Below are positions 53,512 through 64,000 of a stretch of 64,000 bases of DNA, piece after piece; the stretch's first letter is position 1, and each line of letters starts with the position of its first letter. The position numbers were made by a program, and so were the translations under genes. Source of the DNA: Cirrosporium novae-zelandiae (Eukaryota); NCBI GenBank assembly GCA_026023565.1, contig JAPETS010000001.1:1116001-1180000 (forward strand). The letters are read 5' to 3'. Under the pieces are notes generated by a model. That model searched no databases. It had not been told where the DNA came from and was given only the letters and a program-made list of their open reading frames with translations.

Positions 53512-54770
53512 TCAAGGCACGAAGAGCTCCTGCTTCATATTTATTTTACAGAGCTTTGCTACACATCCACTCAGCTGAAGGAAGGTCTGAACTCCCTCCA
53601 AGATCCGCATGTGGGTAAAGCCTATCTCTTTTATGAATTCTAACTTAGAGTGTTCAGACAGGTTGTTGGTTGATTTTGTGACTTTGAACATTGTGCTGAT
53701 GATGTCATGGGAGGAATAGCCTAGGTCCCTGTGCTATGTTAGATATAGTTCAGAGGCATCTCTAGGGAACCTACCATAGCTCTTTCAACGTCTCAAGTGC
53801 TTGGTCTACTTTGCCCTCCCAGCAAGCTTTGATCATTGTCTGCACTTTAATAGGATGTGGACTATCGACAACCCTAAAAACGTTATCTCCGCTAACAAAT
53901 CCAAAGCCTGCCCAAGTACTTTGTAAATTGTTAATCGCCTGTCTCATGTCACCTTCAGCACTGAATACCAAGGCTGCGATACCGTCCTCGGAGTGCTCAA
54001 CTTTCTCCGCTTCACAAATCTGCATTAAGCGTTTTACTATTTGGGCATCCGTAAGGCGGGCATAACGAAGGATTGCGCAACGGGATTGGAGGGGTTCAAT
54101 AATTTTGTTGGACTGGTTGCAGGCAAAGGCGAAACGGGTTGTAGTAGAGTAGATTTCCATGGTTCGCCGAAGGGCTTGCTGGGCGCCGGATGTCATGCTT
54201 GAGACTAAGTCAGTAAGGAGCATAGATATTATGAACAGCTTAATCATACCTATCCGCCTCGTCAAGTATCACAATCTTTTGCCGGCCTGGAGGTAGAGTG
54301 ACTTTCTTTTGGGCAAAACCCTTAATTCGATTACGGACGACGTCAATACCTAGGTCGCATTAATCGTCCCATCGCCTTTAGTTGTAGGTTAGGGAAATAT
54401 ACCTCTTTCATCACTAGCATTGAGTTCCAAAACTGCTTCCTTGTAGGCATCCCCAAGCATCTGCCGTGATAAACATAGAATAGAAGTGGTTTTCCCAATC
54501 CCAGGCATGCCCGAAATGATAATATGAGGCATATTCCCATCTTTTGCTATTATCTTCAACCGTTCTATGGTTTCAGTATTGCCCACAACATCGTCCAAAA
54601 AAACTGGCCGGTACTTTTCGACCCTATATTAGGTATTAGCCAACGAAACTGGCATATAGGTGAAAAATAACCTACCAAGGTAATTCGTAGCCAGGAGGGG
54701 CTCCATTTGTATTGGCCTTTAGAGCCTTCTTGGAAGCTGCAGTGGACGATTCTGCCTGAACCTGAACCAT
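53512..54770 (-). CDS. RFC4: Replication factor C small subunit (yeast Rfc4 / human RFC2 type)
   Basis: [61 protein letters not shown]. Confidence 0.95.
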
Positions 54771-54851
54771 TTTGGCAAGCTATGTTGATCAAATTATGTT
54801 GTTATATTCCCATCGAGAGGGTTGACATCGGATATTCTACAAGTTGAAGGA

Positions 54852-54880
54852 CACGAAAGTCGCGTTGATTAAATACGCGC
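54852..54880. promoter_or_regulatory. G1/S (SCB/MCB-like) elements upstream of RFC4
   Basis: CACGAAA at 54852-54858, CGCGT at 54861-54865, ACGCG at 54875-54879, within 110 nt of the ATG of a replication gene. Confidence 0.5.
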
Positions 54881-55669
54881 TAACTAGAAATCAATTTGAC
54901 CCCCATACTATTTAGGAGCACTCTTCACCACTTATCCATGAGAAATCTTTTTTCATAGATTGGATATTTTACCGAAAGAGAAGGTCAAGGTCCTTTCCTT
55001 ACAAGTACTAAGTATAATAACTAGTCGTCTAGTCTAATGTTCTCATCGATGGATAAATCCCCCGCTGTAGGGTCCCCTTCTGCCGAGGTTGTCCTTTCTT
55101 CAATCCTAACATCTCTCCGTTATAATAATTACGTTTCTTACAATATTACCCATAAAAATAAGGAAGTTCTTTCCTATTTCTCTAGTCGGGTTTACAAATA
55201 CGTATAACAAGTGTCTTATCTGATGTTTGGAGTGACAAAAATATAACTGTAAGACGGGCTCGATATCTTCCATGATCAGAATTGCAAGCATGTCCAGATG
55301 ACTTTTACCCAACAACCAGAGGGAAACAGTTATGCTCTATCAACTACGAGAGGCGCATAATAGCGATGGGATTTTTCCGGAAGTTATTTTATTGAGTCAC
55401 CTAGTTTTGATGAACAAAAGGTGTCATCTTCATAAGTCTAAACAACGCAGCAGGGATATATTTCATCGCGGTTCCGTCCTAAACCTGGCCTGCCAATCCA
55501 TTTTCCCTTCAAATATTCCCCTTTATACTAACTGCAATAGTTGTTTTCGATCATGGTCATGAAATTATCTTCAGACTCCATATTGCTCGAGGCCTCTCTG
55601 ATGCGGATGAAAAATGGTGATGCAATGCATCTTACGGAAGTCTTCAGCCTTCTATCAATAGCTTTAAAC

Positions 55670-56690
55670 TTAAGCGGTAGCCTCCTCGGGCCAGTTGTCG
55701 TATCCAAATGTATCCTTCATATTAACAAACCGGGTATGCCTACCCTCAGCAACCTTGTTGACTGCCGCATACTCCTCGTCCGTGAGCTTTGGTACCTGGA
55801 AATTGCTCTCAATTCGTGAGGGTGTCGAACTCTTTGGTAGCACGGCATATCCCCTCCTCAAGCCCCAAGCAAGAAGGACCTGGGCTAACGTGTATCCAGA
55901 CTTCTCTGCGATATCCTTGAGAGTTGGGTTTGTGTTAACCTTTTCACCTGTTGAAGGTACTTGATTTTGTGACCCCAAAGGGGAATAAGCTTCTGGTAGG
56001 ATGTCGTGGTCAAGGCAATATTTAACGAGATCGTTGTTTGGGAGGAATGGGTGTATTTCAACTTGGTTGACTTGGGGTTTCACTTTTGCATATTTGAGAA
56101 GCTTATCCAATTGCGGAATGGTCCAGTTGGATATGCCAATTGCCTTGGTCTTTCCACTTTCATAGATTGCTTCCACGGCTTGCCATGTTGGCTTTGGGTC
56201 ATCAGTTAATTGTTTTTTAATGATATACTAAAAATGGTTAGTATAAGGATGCTCATGCTAACTATCAATCTTAGAGGAATCCCACCTTCGCATCAGGGCC
56301 GACTTTAACACTGTAATCATCGTTTCTCTCAGCAGCAATGGGCCAGTGAATTAGGAACAGATCGACGTAATCCAACTTGAGTTTCTTCAAGGAGTTTTCG
56401 AATGACCACTGAACCTCATCAGGCTCATGTAAGTGATTCCAAACTTTGGTGCAAATGAATAAATCCTCTCGCTTAACACTGGGGGTTTCCTTCAAGAAGT
56501 CTCTGATTGCATCTCCAACCTCCTCTTCGTTCATGTAGAACGCAGCACAGTCCAGGTGTCTATAACCAACTTTTAAGGCATGAATGACGGCCTTGTAGGA
56601 CTCACCTTTTGCACCTTCATTGGCAAAGGTACCAAATCCGAGCCCTGGTATGGTTACACCGTTGTTGAGCTTGAAATCGAAGTCTGCCAT
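55670..56690 (-). CDS. gldB: NADP-dependent glycerol dehydrogenase (aldo-keto reductase)
   Basis: GFGTFANEGAKGE, GYRHLDCA, TKVWNHLH, LFLIHWP, YSPLGSQNQVP, LPKSS, RFVNMKDTFGY; closely resembles the Aspergillus GldB sequence as I recall it; intron 56285-56228. Confidence 0.9.
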
Positions 56691-57956
56691 GTTGAAGTTA
56701 TTTGTTGGGACTGTGTTTTGGTATCTGTGAAGTTGAAGAAACTGATTTCTGCTTGTGCTACAGAGTTGATTGAGAAAAACTACGCGTGACAGCTAGACTT
56801 CAAGTACCCTCTTCCAGGTGGCTACAGAGTTTTCGCCATGGTTCAGCTCTTAGTTATGAAACATTCTCCTGCGATCTGTGTGGGACATTTCCGGGCACGT
56901 TGGCTGGCAATGGAACCGTTGAGAGGTTGACCGCAATGCTGAAGTTATGACGTCTATGCTAGCCTGCAATTTACTTGTACATGACAGCACGGGTACTTCG
57001 TTGAAGCGCCAGGTTGCTGTGTCTACCCATGGGTACATATGCTGCACTGGTCCATGTTTTTTGTGGAGTTCGATAAGGGTTTTTGAGGCCAAAGAATATG
57101 AACCGGGAAGTCATTTTCTTGTCAGGGACAAAACAGTGATTAGTTCCCGGGGGCTTTAATGGTCTCATAAGCTCAAGGGTTGAGAGAAGGATGGATTGAA
57201 GGATAAGAATAGGGCTGATAAGCTTCAGAGTTTTCGAGGATCTTCGTTAGGGTCCACAGAACTTTAGCCAAGAGGGCCACGGTGGGCCAGTGGCAGTTAG
57301 AAGGGCTTGAGAGCAACTAAGGGCAGCTGAGATCAAGAACGGACTTTACCTTAAGCTCCCGAAGGCTTACCGAGATCCACTTGTGCCATTCAATGTGAGG
57401 AGCGCTTTCCAAAAGAGATTTTTCCTACTTTAATTAGTATACACGCTGACTTTTGGTAGACTTTGCCAGAAATTGGAAACTTCGGAGACTTGAGAAGACT
57501 TTGAGAGAATTTCGCAAAACATCCACGTCATGCCGACTTTATGCCGCCCTAAAAAGTCTAAATACCCTAGAATTGCTGGTCACTACTGGTCCACTGGCCC
57601 TCTAGTGGTCACCAGCATGATCCGACATGCCCTAATCACGCTAACCGCTCTAGCCGCGCTAGATTTAAAGCCAAGCAAGCCAAACAAACCAAACAGATGC
57701 CAAAATGACACGAATGCCCTAAACAAGGTTGGAGAACGCAGGCAAGCATTAACGTCACACCAACGTCCTGAAGCTCCCTCCATCAAACCTTCACATATGC
57801 AGTGTGCCAGTATTCTATCCTTTGCTTGCCATTGTTGATAATGATATCTGAACATGTCAATCAACCTTTGCATGTTTCTTCTTCCATTGGTTATCATTGC
57901 TCCACCGCCCCTTTTAAAAGGAAGGTCTGTTGTCTGATGAAGGTGGTTTCCCGAAA

Positions 57957-57992
57957 CTCCGCTCCCTTCTCCGCCCCTTTCTCCGCCCCTCT
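57957..57992. promoter_or_regulatory. 3 x 12-bp tandem repeat carrying CreA-like and STRE motifs in the gldB/HAD bidirectional promoter
   Basis: CTCCGCTCCCTT-CTCCGCCCCTTT-CTCCGCCCCTCT. Each unit contains the reverse complement of GCGGAG (SYGGRG); units 2 and 3 contain CCCCT. Confidence 0.5.
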
Positions 57993-58392
57993 GCAGTTCT
58001 GATACTCTAGGATTCTTCACTATTAGACCCTATATCCATGGCGTTCAGGACAAGGTAACAACACACTGTGCCAGTAAAATAAGGACCATTGATGTTCCAG
58101 TGGGTCCATTTCATACGCAGTAGAACCATTCTGTAGAACCATTATGTAGTCCAGTTAACAATCCATCCACTTTATGTCTGCACTGACCTTTAGCTTTAGA
58201 TAAGAATTTGAATTCTGAATCCAACTAAGGACACCATACATATATAAAACGCCTACCTGCTCCTCGAATTATTGATATTCTTCTTCATCAGAGCCTTCAT
58301 ATCATACTCTTATCCCCATCCCTTTTCATAATATAACAATTATTAGATCTCCACTCAGTCTTTTTTTTCAATCTTTTCAACAAACCATCAAG

Positions 58393-59868
58393 ATGCCTAC
58401 TTTCGAAGATTCTATCGAGGTACCTATCTCTCCACCTGCTCTTGATAAGGTAACCAGCAACGGAAGCCACCATGGCCTCAGTATTCCGGCTGAGGCTCAT
58501 GATGGCAGTCATGATGGGAGCCACCATGATGCCATCGAGGTTCCATCCACAAGGAGCGTCATTAGTGATGCTTCAGCATACATGCACACTCTAAGTCTCT
58601 CTCCTTCGATGAAGGAGCGACGAGGCTCCCGAAATTCCTCCCGAGCATCCCTACCAATCCCCAGGTCCAAGAGGAAGTCCAGGTTGTCTTCCGTGGTCGC
58701 CACAGACAAGAATGGTCGACCTGGAATGCCACGAATCCAACCCACTCGAGATATTCTGGCATCTCAAGTCCAGGATATTCATGTTGACGAGGTGAAGAAG
58801 GCTAAGAATTTAGCCTTTGCCTTTGACATCGATGGTGTTTTAGTCCACGGGGACCGTCTTATTCCCGAAGGCCAACGTGCTCTTGAAATTCTCAATGGTG
58901 ACAACGAACTTGGTATTAAAATCCCCCATATTTTCCTCACCAACGGTTCTGGAAAGCTCGAACTTGCGCGAACTCAGCAACTTTCTAAAATCCTGCACCA
59001 GCCTGTGGCGACCGACCAATTCATTCAGTCACACACTCCCATGCGTGCACTTGCAGAATACTTCCGCACTGTCATTGTTGTCGGCGGTGAGGGGTATCGC
59101 TGCCGAGAAGTGGCTGAGGAGTATGGTTTCAAGGATGTTGTCGTTCCCAACGATATCGTAGCTTGGGATCCTTCCATCGCACCTTATCGAGTTTTCACTC
59201 CCGAAGAGCGTGCGACCTCCCGCCCAAGAGACTTTGATCGCATGAATATTGAGGCTATTCTTGTCTTTTCAGATTCTCGAGATTACGCCACGGATATGCA
59301 AATTATTATGGATCTACTCCGATCAGAAAATGGCCGTCTCAAGACCATCGCCAAGGACCCTGTTTCTCAACGCATTCCTATTTACTTCTCTCAGGGGGAT
59401 ATGCTCTGCCCTACGGAGCATCCTATCCCACGGATGTCGCAGGGTGCCTTTCGTATTGGACTCGAGGCTATGTACAAGTCTCTCACCGGTGTTGACCTCG
59501 AGCGTGTTGTCTACGGAAAGCCAGAACTGGCGACCTACAAATATGCCGACGAGGTCATTTCTTCGTGGATGGAAGAACTCCATGGTGAGGAGAAACTTCC
59601 TGAAAATGTCTACATGATTGGTGACAATCCTGCTTCGGATATTGTGGGTGGGAATATGTACGGATGGAATACCTGCCTGGTTCGTACAGGCGTCTTCCAG
59701 GGTGGTGAGAATGATGAAGAGAATCCGGCAAACTTTGGTGTCTTTGACAATGTATTGAGAGCCGTGCAGGCCGCGCTTAGGAAGGAGATGGGAGACGACT
59801 TCAAGATGGAATGGGACGACCACATGAACCCTGTTCTCCACGATCAGCCCATTTCTGCCATTGTGTAA
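58393..59868 (+). CDS. HAD-superfamily IIA hydrolase, cut-1/cutA-like
   Basis: Intronless 491 aa; FDIDGVL (motif I), LTNGSG, YGKP, MIGDNPASDI (motif IV), LVRTGV; divergent from gldB. Confidence 0.88.
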   Translation: MPTFEDSIEVPISPPALDKVTSNGSHHGLSIPAEAHDGSHDGSHHDAIEVPSTRSVISDASAYMHTLSLSPSMKERRGSRNSSRASLPIPRSKRKSRLSSVVATDKNGRPGMPRIQPTRDILASQVQDIHVDEVKKAKNLAFAFDIDGVLVHGDRLIPEGQRALEILNGDNELGIKIPHIFLTNGSGKLELARTQQLSKILHQPVATDQFIQSHTPMRALAEYFRTVIVVGGEGYRCREVAEEYGFKDVVVPNDIVAWDPSIAPYRVFTPEERATSRPRDFDRMNIEAILVFSDSRDYATDMQIIMDLLRSENGRLKTIAKDPVSQRIPIYFSQGDMLCPTEHPIPRMSQGAFRIGLEAMYKSLTGVDLERVVYGKPELATYKYADEVISSWMEELHGEEKLPENVYMIGDNPASDIVGGNMYGWNTCLVRTGVFQGGENDEENPANFGVFDNVLRAVQAALRKEMGDDFKMEWDDHMNPVLHDQPISAIV

Positions 59869-60181
59869 TTGGCGAATAGAAACAGGACTGACTGAACCAA
59901 GCTGATAGAACAGACCTAATTAGTCTGAAGCATTTCTTAGGCGTTTTGAGCTCAACGACAGAAATATGAACCTCTAGTGTCGATATGACATAACCTGAAC
60001 AGAAGGATAGATAGGATTGGCGTTTAAACAGGGGGACTTTTTTTGAATTTAGCCTACGGGCGAATACGACATTGAAGATAGAAAAGGCACGGATTTTCTT
60101 AGTTTTTAGCGACGTTAGTCAATGAGAGAAGGTTATCAAACCTCGTCTACTTTTAGTATATTTGTGATTACCATTATCGTT

Positions 60182-60300
60182 CCTTCCAAGCAATTAGCTC
60201 CTGCTAATGCACACTGGTTACCGGCAAGGCCCCTGTCAGATTCCGAGGCCGAACGTGGCTTTTGGTTGAAGATTTGGCGCGGGGCTTTGTAACGGGAAGG
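60182..60300 (+). other. Strong predicted RNA structure downstream of the HAD gene
   Basis: About 30-bp interrupted hairpin at 60217-60293, small hairpin ATTAGC/GCTAAT, closed by CCTTCC/GGAAGG; folded by eye. Confidence 0.35.
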
Positions 60301-60936
60301 CATATCTACTAGATAGTTTTTCAGTAGGTGATTTTTTATGACAACGCCATTTGATGACCACCAAAAAGCCCAAATAGAAAAGCTTGTGATTGCATACTTT
60401 TGGTTATTCTCACACATAAAAATGTTGATAAGACATGAGTCTTGGAAGGGGGGCAGTCATGGTGGAGAAGCGTTACATCAGACTTTGAGAGAAGGAGGGA
60501 GGAGTGACACAAGCAAATTAGATTCGCCATCAAAAAAGAGAAGTAAAAGGTATGTTGTTGGGGTTACTTTGAATAATTAATAATAAGGATTGAAGACGAG
60601 AAAACTGATGAAACCAAATGCAAAATTTTACATACATTGGATAGATATCAAGAATAATAGATGAATCATTTTCTTGGAACCTTATCGGGCCGAATTCTGG
60701 AACAGTCGACGACAAGCAAGGTAGGTGATTGCTGAATAAAAGTGCCTCTTTAGAGTCACTTGGACCATTTATTTTCTTCTTTTTCTAACGCCAACTATAA
60801 GAAGAAGAAAAGGAAAGAAAGAAAAAAAATGTCCTTAATTAAAAGAGAGAAAGAAAAAAAAAACATTGACATTATTATTCCAAAAACAAAACTCTCATCC
60901 TCATCCTTCGTCACGTCACATCAAAGTCAACCAAAA

Positions 60937-61473
60937 TCACCAATTACAATTCTCCAACATAAAACTCCGATAATAATATGGCAACCCCTCACAAGTCTCG
61001 TTCCCCTGATAGGAACTCACGCACACCCCGCCAGTATTTCCCAGCACCATGACAGCTTGGTTACTAACATTGAATCCGCGACCCGAGCAATTGGCGTTGG
61101 GGTATCCGAATACTATTCCTCATTAGAGAAAAAAATAATAATAAGAAAAAATGGGGAAGAGGGGAAGAGGGGAAGAGGGGAAGAGAGTGAGAGGGAGAGG
61201 GAGAGAAGAAAGCATATACATACCATAACAACTAGCCCCATCCCAATACGTAGAAACACTATGAGCCACGACACCCGAATCCCAACACTCGCCGCTGGTT
61301 TGTAGTATCACCTGATCGTGGATTTCGGTTTCGCAGCTGTAGTCGCTGTAGAGGTTGAAGTCGTCTTTGAGACTGGCGGGGACGAGGGGGACGAGGGTGG
61401 GGAGGATGAGGATGAGGGTGAAGGAGAGAAGGAGGGGGAGGGAGAGGGAGGAGGAGAGGGGTGGGTGTTTCAT
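60937..61473 (-). CDS. Small secreted cysteine-rich protein, 141 aa, two exons
   Basis: Hydrophobic N-terminus; exon 1 61473-61224; intron 61223-61113 (GTATGT..CTAAT..TAG); exon 2 61112-60937 stays open (VFGYPNANCSG...CEGLPYYYRSFMLENCNW-TGA); 7 Cys. Confidence 0.7.
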
Positions 61474-61931
61474 TTTTTTGGGGGAGGGGGTTTTAAGAGG
61501 GAGGGAAGGGGTGATGATGATAAAAATAATAGAATGATCAAATTAATCGATCGATCGAATCTAGAGAGAATAAAGTAAAATAAAAAAAAATACTTAGATG
61601 ATATAATTAATTTAATCAAGCAATCAATCCATCATCATCCCAACAAATCTCCCAATTCACTCCAACAAATAAAAATAAAAACCCCAGTCCAATTCCATTC
61701 CATGGGGTAGATTACTCATGTCCTCTTTATATCTCTCTTTCTTTTTCTTCTTCTCCTATCCGTCCGTCTGTCTAGTAGCTAGTAAGTATCCCGCATTTTC
61801 CTCTTATTATTTCCTCTCACAATCTAATTCCCTCTTCCCGTTTCCGTCTGCACATCTCCCGTTTCCGTCTCCGTAATTGCCCCAAATCTCATATCCCATA
61901 TCCTCCACGGGGTGTTGTACTGTGTACAACA

Positions 61932-61954
61932 CCCCCCCCCCCCCCCCCCCCCCC
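61932..61954. repeat. Poly-C tract (23 nt)
   Basis: Direct reading. Confidence 0.95.
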
Positions 61955-63421
61955 TAGCTAGTAAAACCCTTACCTGCAAGGTCCCGCGACTCTCCAACTC
62001 CAACTCCCCTCTTCGAGCATGCTCCCGCAACATTAAAATTATTTAATCAAAAAATTGAAACGGGAAGAGAGCTTGTTGTACGACGTAACGATGTAATGAT
62101 GTACAAATTATCAAGTCTTTGTTTTTGTTTTTTGTAGTATTGAGGTTTTTTGGAAGTTGGGATTGGGATTGGGGCTTGGGGATTTTTTTCATATATGGGG
62201 ATGGGGGTGACGGGTTTTGGGCGTTTGTTTTGAAGTTTGGGTGGGGGGAAAGGAGGAAGGGAGGGCGGGTATATATATATATATATTGGTGTGTTGTTGT
62301 ATTATATATAATAATAATTATCCCAAGTCAAGTCAAGCTATTGCTATCAAAGGAAGGGCGGTCATGCATAATGTAAGTGTAAGGTGTAAGGTGAACTGCA
62401 AAAAAAAAGAAAAAAAGAGCAGACGAAAAAAATATGAAAAGGAACATAGTGAACGGTGAATAATAAAAAATGTACGGTTTGTGGAACGGAAGGTTTGAGG
62501 CGAGGGAAGTACATGTACAGTACAATTAGTTGAGTGAGTGAGATTAAGATCGGATGGGTTTGAGCAACAGTAGCTATATGAAATATATCTTCGTCTATTA
62601 ACTTCATCTCGTGAATTAGAGCAGCACAGCAACCGAGTGCGAGCTGGGGAGAGTGGTAGCCGAATTCATCTGATCTAAGATAAGGGGATAAAGGAACTCA
62701 CACTTATGAAGAAGTATACTACCAATGGGATATTCCTCTTCCTACCTTGCATCTAGATAGCTTGAACATACACACATACAGCAACCATCAATGGAATCCA
62801 GGGCGCTATCCTAAAAGGGCGATACCAAGCTCTCTCTCATAGGTATGTGCGTGATTCTGGCACTCTCAACCTCCCTTCCCCACCCCTTTGGCCTATTGTG
62901 GTAAACCCTAACAGTCAACCCCATATTGTGACTGGCTCCCTAGCATTGCGTCTCAAGCCCTCAGTGCTCGCAACCTGCTGAAAGGAAATGTGATGTAGCA
63001 ACTGATGATTGAAATGTGGGCAAGGGAGAGGCTAAATAAGAATGGCGCACGGACCAGATCCTCGCCAATTTAGACTTTCTTTTATCACAAAGCTGCAAGC
63101 GAGCAAGTTTCGTTCACGTTCATCAGAAACTTTCCCTTGACTTCTTCACTCGGTCACCCATTCAATTAAAGATTTCTTTTTTATTCTAGCATATTACATA
63201 CACGTATTATAGTCAAATATTATATCGCTATAAGATTGTGACCACCCGAAATCCCCACCAAGACTCCAATACTATTCATTACCCTTGAAAAGATCATAGA
63301 TATAACAATGCAGATCGAGAAAACATTACATTTCTTCCCTTATTAGATCATTAATCATGGTAGTTCAGTCGGGTATTGCGATGACCCAGAAAGCTCAATC
63401 ACGTTTCGCAGAGGTGAACCA

Positions 63422-64000
63422 CTAAATACCTAGCCTAACGACGTGTTGCTGGTATATACCTCGAGGACGATGCTTTGCTGCGTCAAGCATGATGCAGCTT
63501 CCAATCATACCACTCAAAAGCACAAAAATATCTGCGACGTTAGTAGCTGGGTTGCATCTATGAACTGAGAGGGCCAGCTTCAGAATATTCCCTCCAAAGT
63601 CCAATGGGATGGGATTGTTGGCGAAGGATGCCTGAACAAAATCGAAAGGAGTGTCAAGATCCGAGGTAAAGTGATCAAAGGCATACTGCAGATATGGCTG
63701 CAATTTATTGCCATCCAGTAACATTCTCAATGACTTCTTTTGGCTCAAAGAGCTTTCAGCTGCAACCCTTATAGTTCTATAAAGTTTATCGATCTGATCA
63801 TCCATCAGATTTGGACGGCCGTTCTGCGGAACACAGACCACTTTAACATCGCTATAGTAACAAAATAAAAGCGATGCCAGTGAGTCGATTTTTTGTCCTT
63901 TAGATCTCCAAAAATCCGCATAAGGCTTTAACTTTGGATCTTGATCGATAGCCTTGTTGACAGATGTCATTAACATATCCGTAGCAGAGTCTACATCCCA
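63422..64000 (-). CDS. Partial gene entering from the right edge; resembles the central region of large fungal patatin-like phospholipase proteins
   Basis: Frame open from the window edge: WDVDSAT, LLFCYYSDVKVV, LQPYLQYAFDHF, PFDFVQAS, SCIMLDAAKH. Family call is from memory; no patatin-domain exon is visible downstream. Confidence 0.55.
   Translation of the reverse strand, partial: WDVDSATDMLMTSVNKAIDQDPKLKPYADFWRSKGQKIDSLASLLFCYYSDVKVVCVPQNGRPNLMDDQIDKLYRTIRVAAESSLSQKKSLRMLLDGNKLQPYLQYAFDHFTSDLDTPFDFVQASFANNPIPLDFGGNILKLALSVHRCNPATNVADIFVLLSGMIGSCIMLDAAKHRPRGIYQQHVVRLGI

Noticed and set aside
60229..60243. GCCCCTGTCAGATTC resembles part of the CPEB3 HDV-like ribozyme as I recall it
   Set aside because: The required upstream P1 G-run and the nested pseudoknot are absent; the complementary G-run lies downstream and makes a simple hairpin.
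60760..61578. Plus-strand ORFs of 181, 86 and 60 aa
   Set aside because: Antisense shadows of the secreted-protein gene and purine-rich repeats.
62903..62912. AAACCCTAAC as a telomerase RNA template
   Set aside because: Only about 500 nt remain before the convergent gene, whereas filamentous-fungal TERs are much longer 3' of the template; no pseudoknot recognised; local G-U bias favours the other strand.
63002..63014. Plus-strand CTGATGA-TT-GAAA as a second hammerhead core
   Set aside because: No stem II and no stem III partner with a cleavage triplet.
63238..63260. Minus-strand GGTGGGGATTTCGGGTGG similar to fungal RNase P CR-I
   Set aside because: The conserved GGAAA adenines are missing, and no matching CR-V/P4 partner was found.

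Overview
Eukaryotic, intron-containing DNA from a filamentous ascomycete (Pezizomycotina-type short GT-AG introns with CTRAC/CTAAC branch sites; fungal gamma-actin intron layout). I can support about 23 protein-coding loci, mostly conserved housekeeping genes: mitochondrial LeuRS (partial), DUF1640, LAA1/HEATR5, TACO1-family, PET100, ECI1, actin, ADE5,7, THR1, PET127, POP8, FES1, BUR1, YPK9, NAP1, YTP1, RFC4, and the divergent gldB + cut-1-like HAD glycerol pair. I saw no tRNA, rRNA, CRISPR array or intact transposon. Points worth a second look: (1) a GH3 N-acetylhexosaminidase-like protein with eroded catalytic motifs, competing 5' splice sites and a 384-nt intron; (2) RIP-like C:G>T:A decay in a tandem duplication of the THR1 3' end and in a methyltransferase; (3) a nitroreductase with one in-frame TAG; (4) a GC-AG intron in ADE5,7; (5) a two-exon small secreted Cys-rich protein; (6) several hand-folded intergenic RNA structures, one beside a hammerhead-core-like motif. 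Family calls come from recalled motifs, and exon boundaries and folds were read by eye. No database search or folding program was run. I found no unambiguous new biological system; the GH3 pseudoenzyme locus and the structured-RNA candidates are the best leads.
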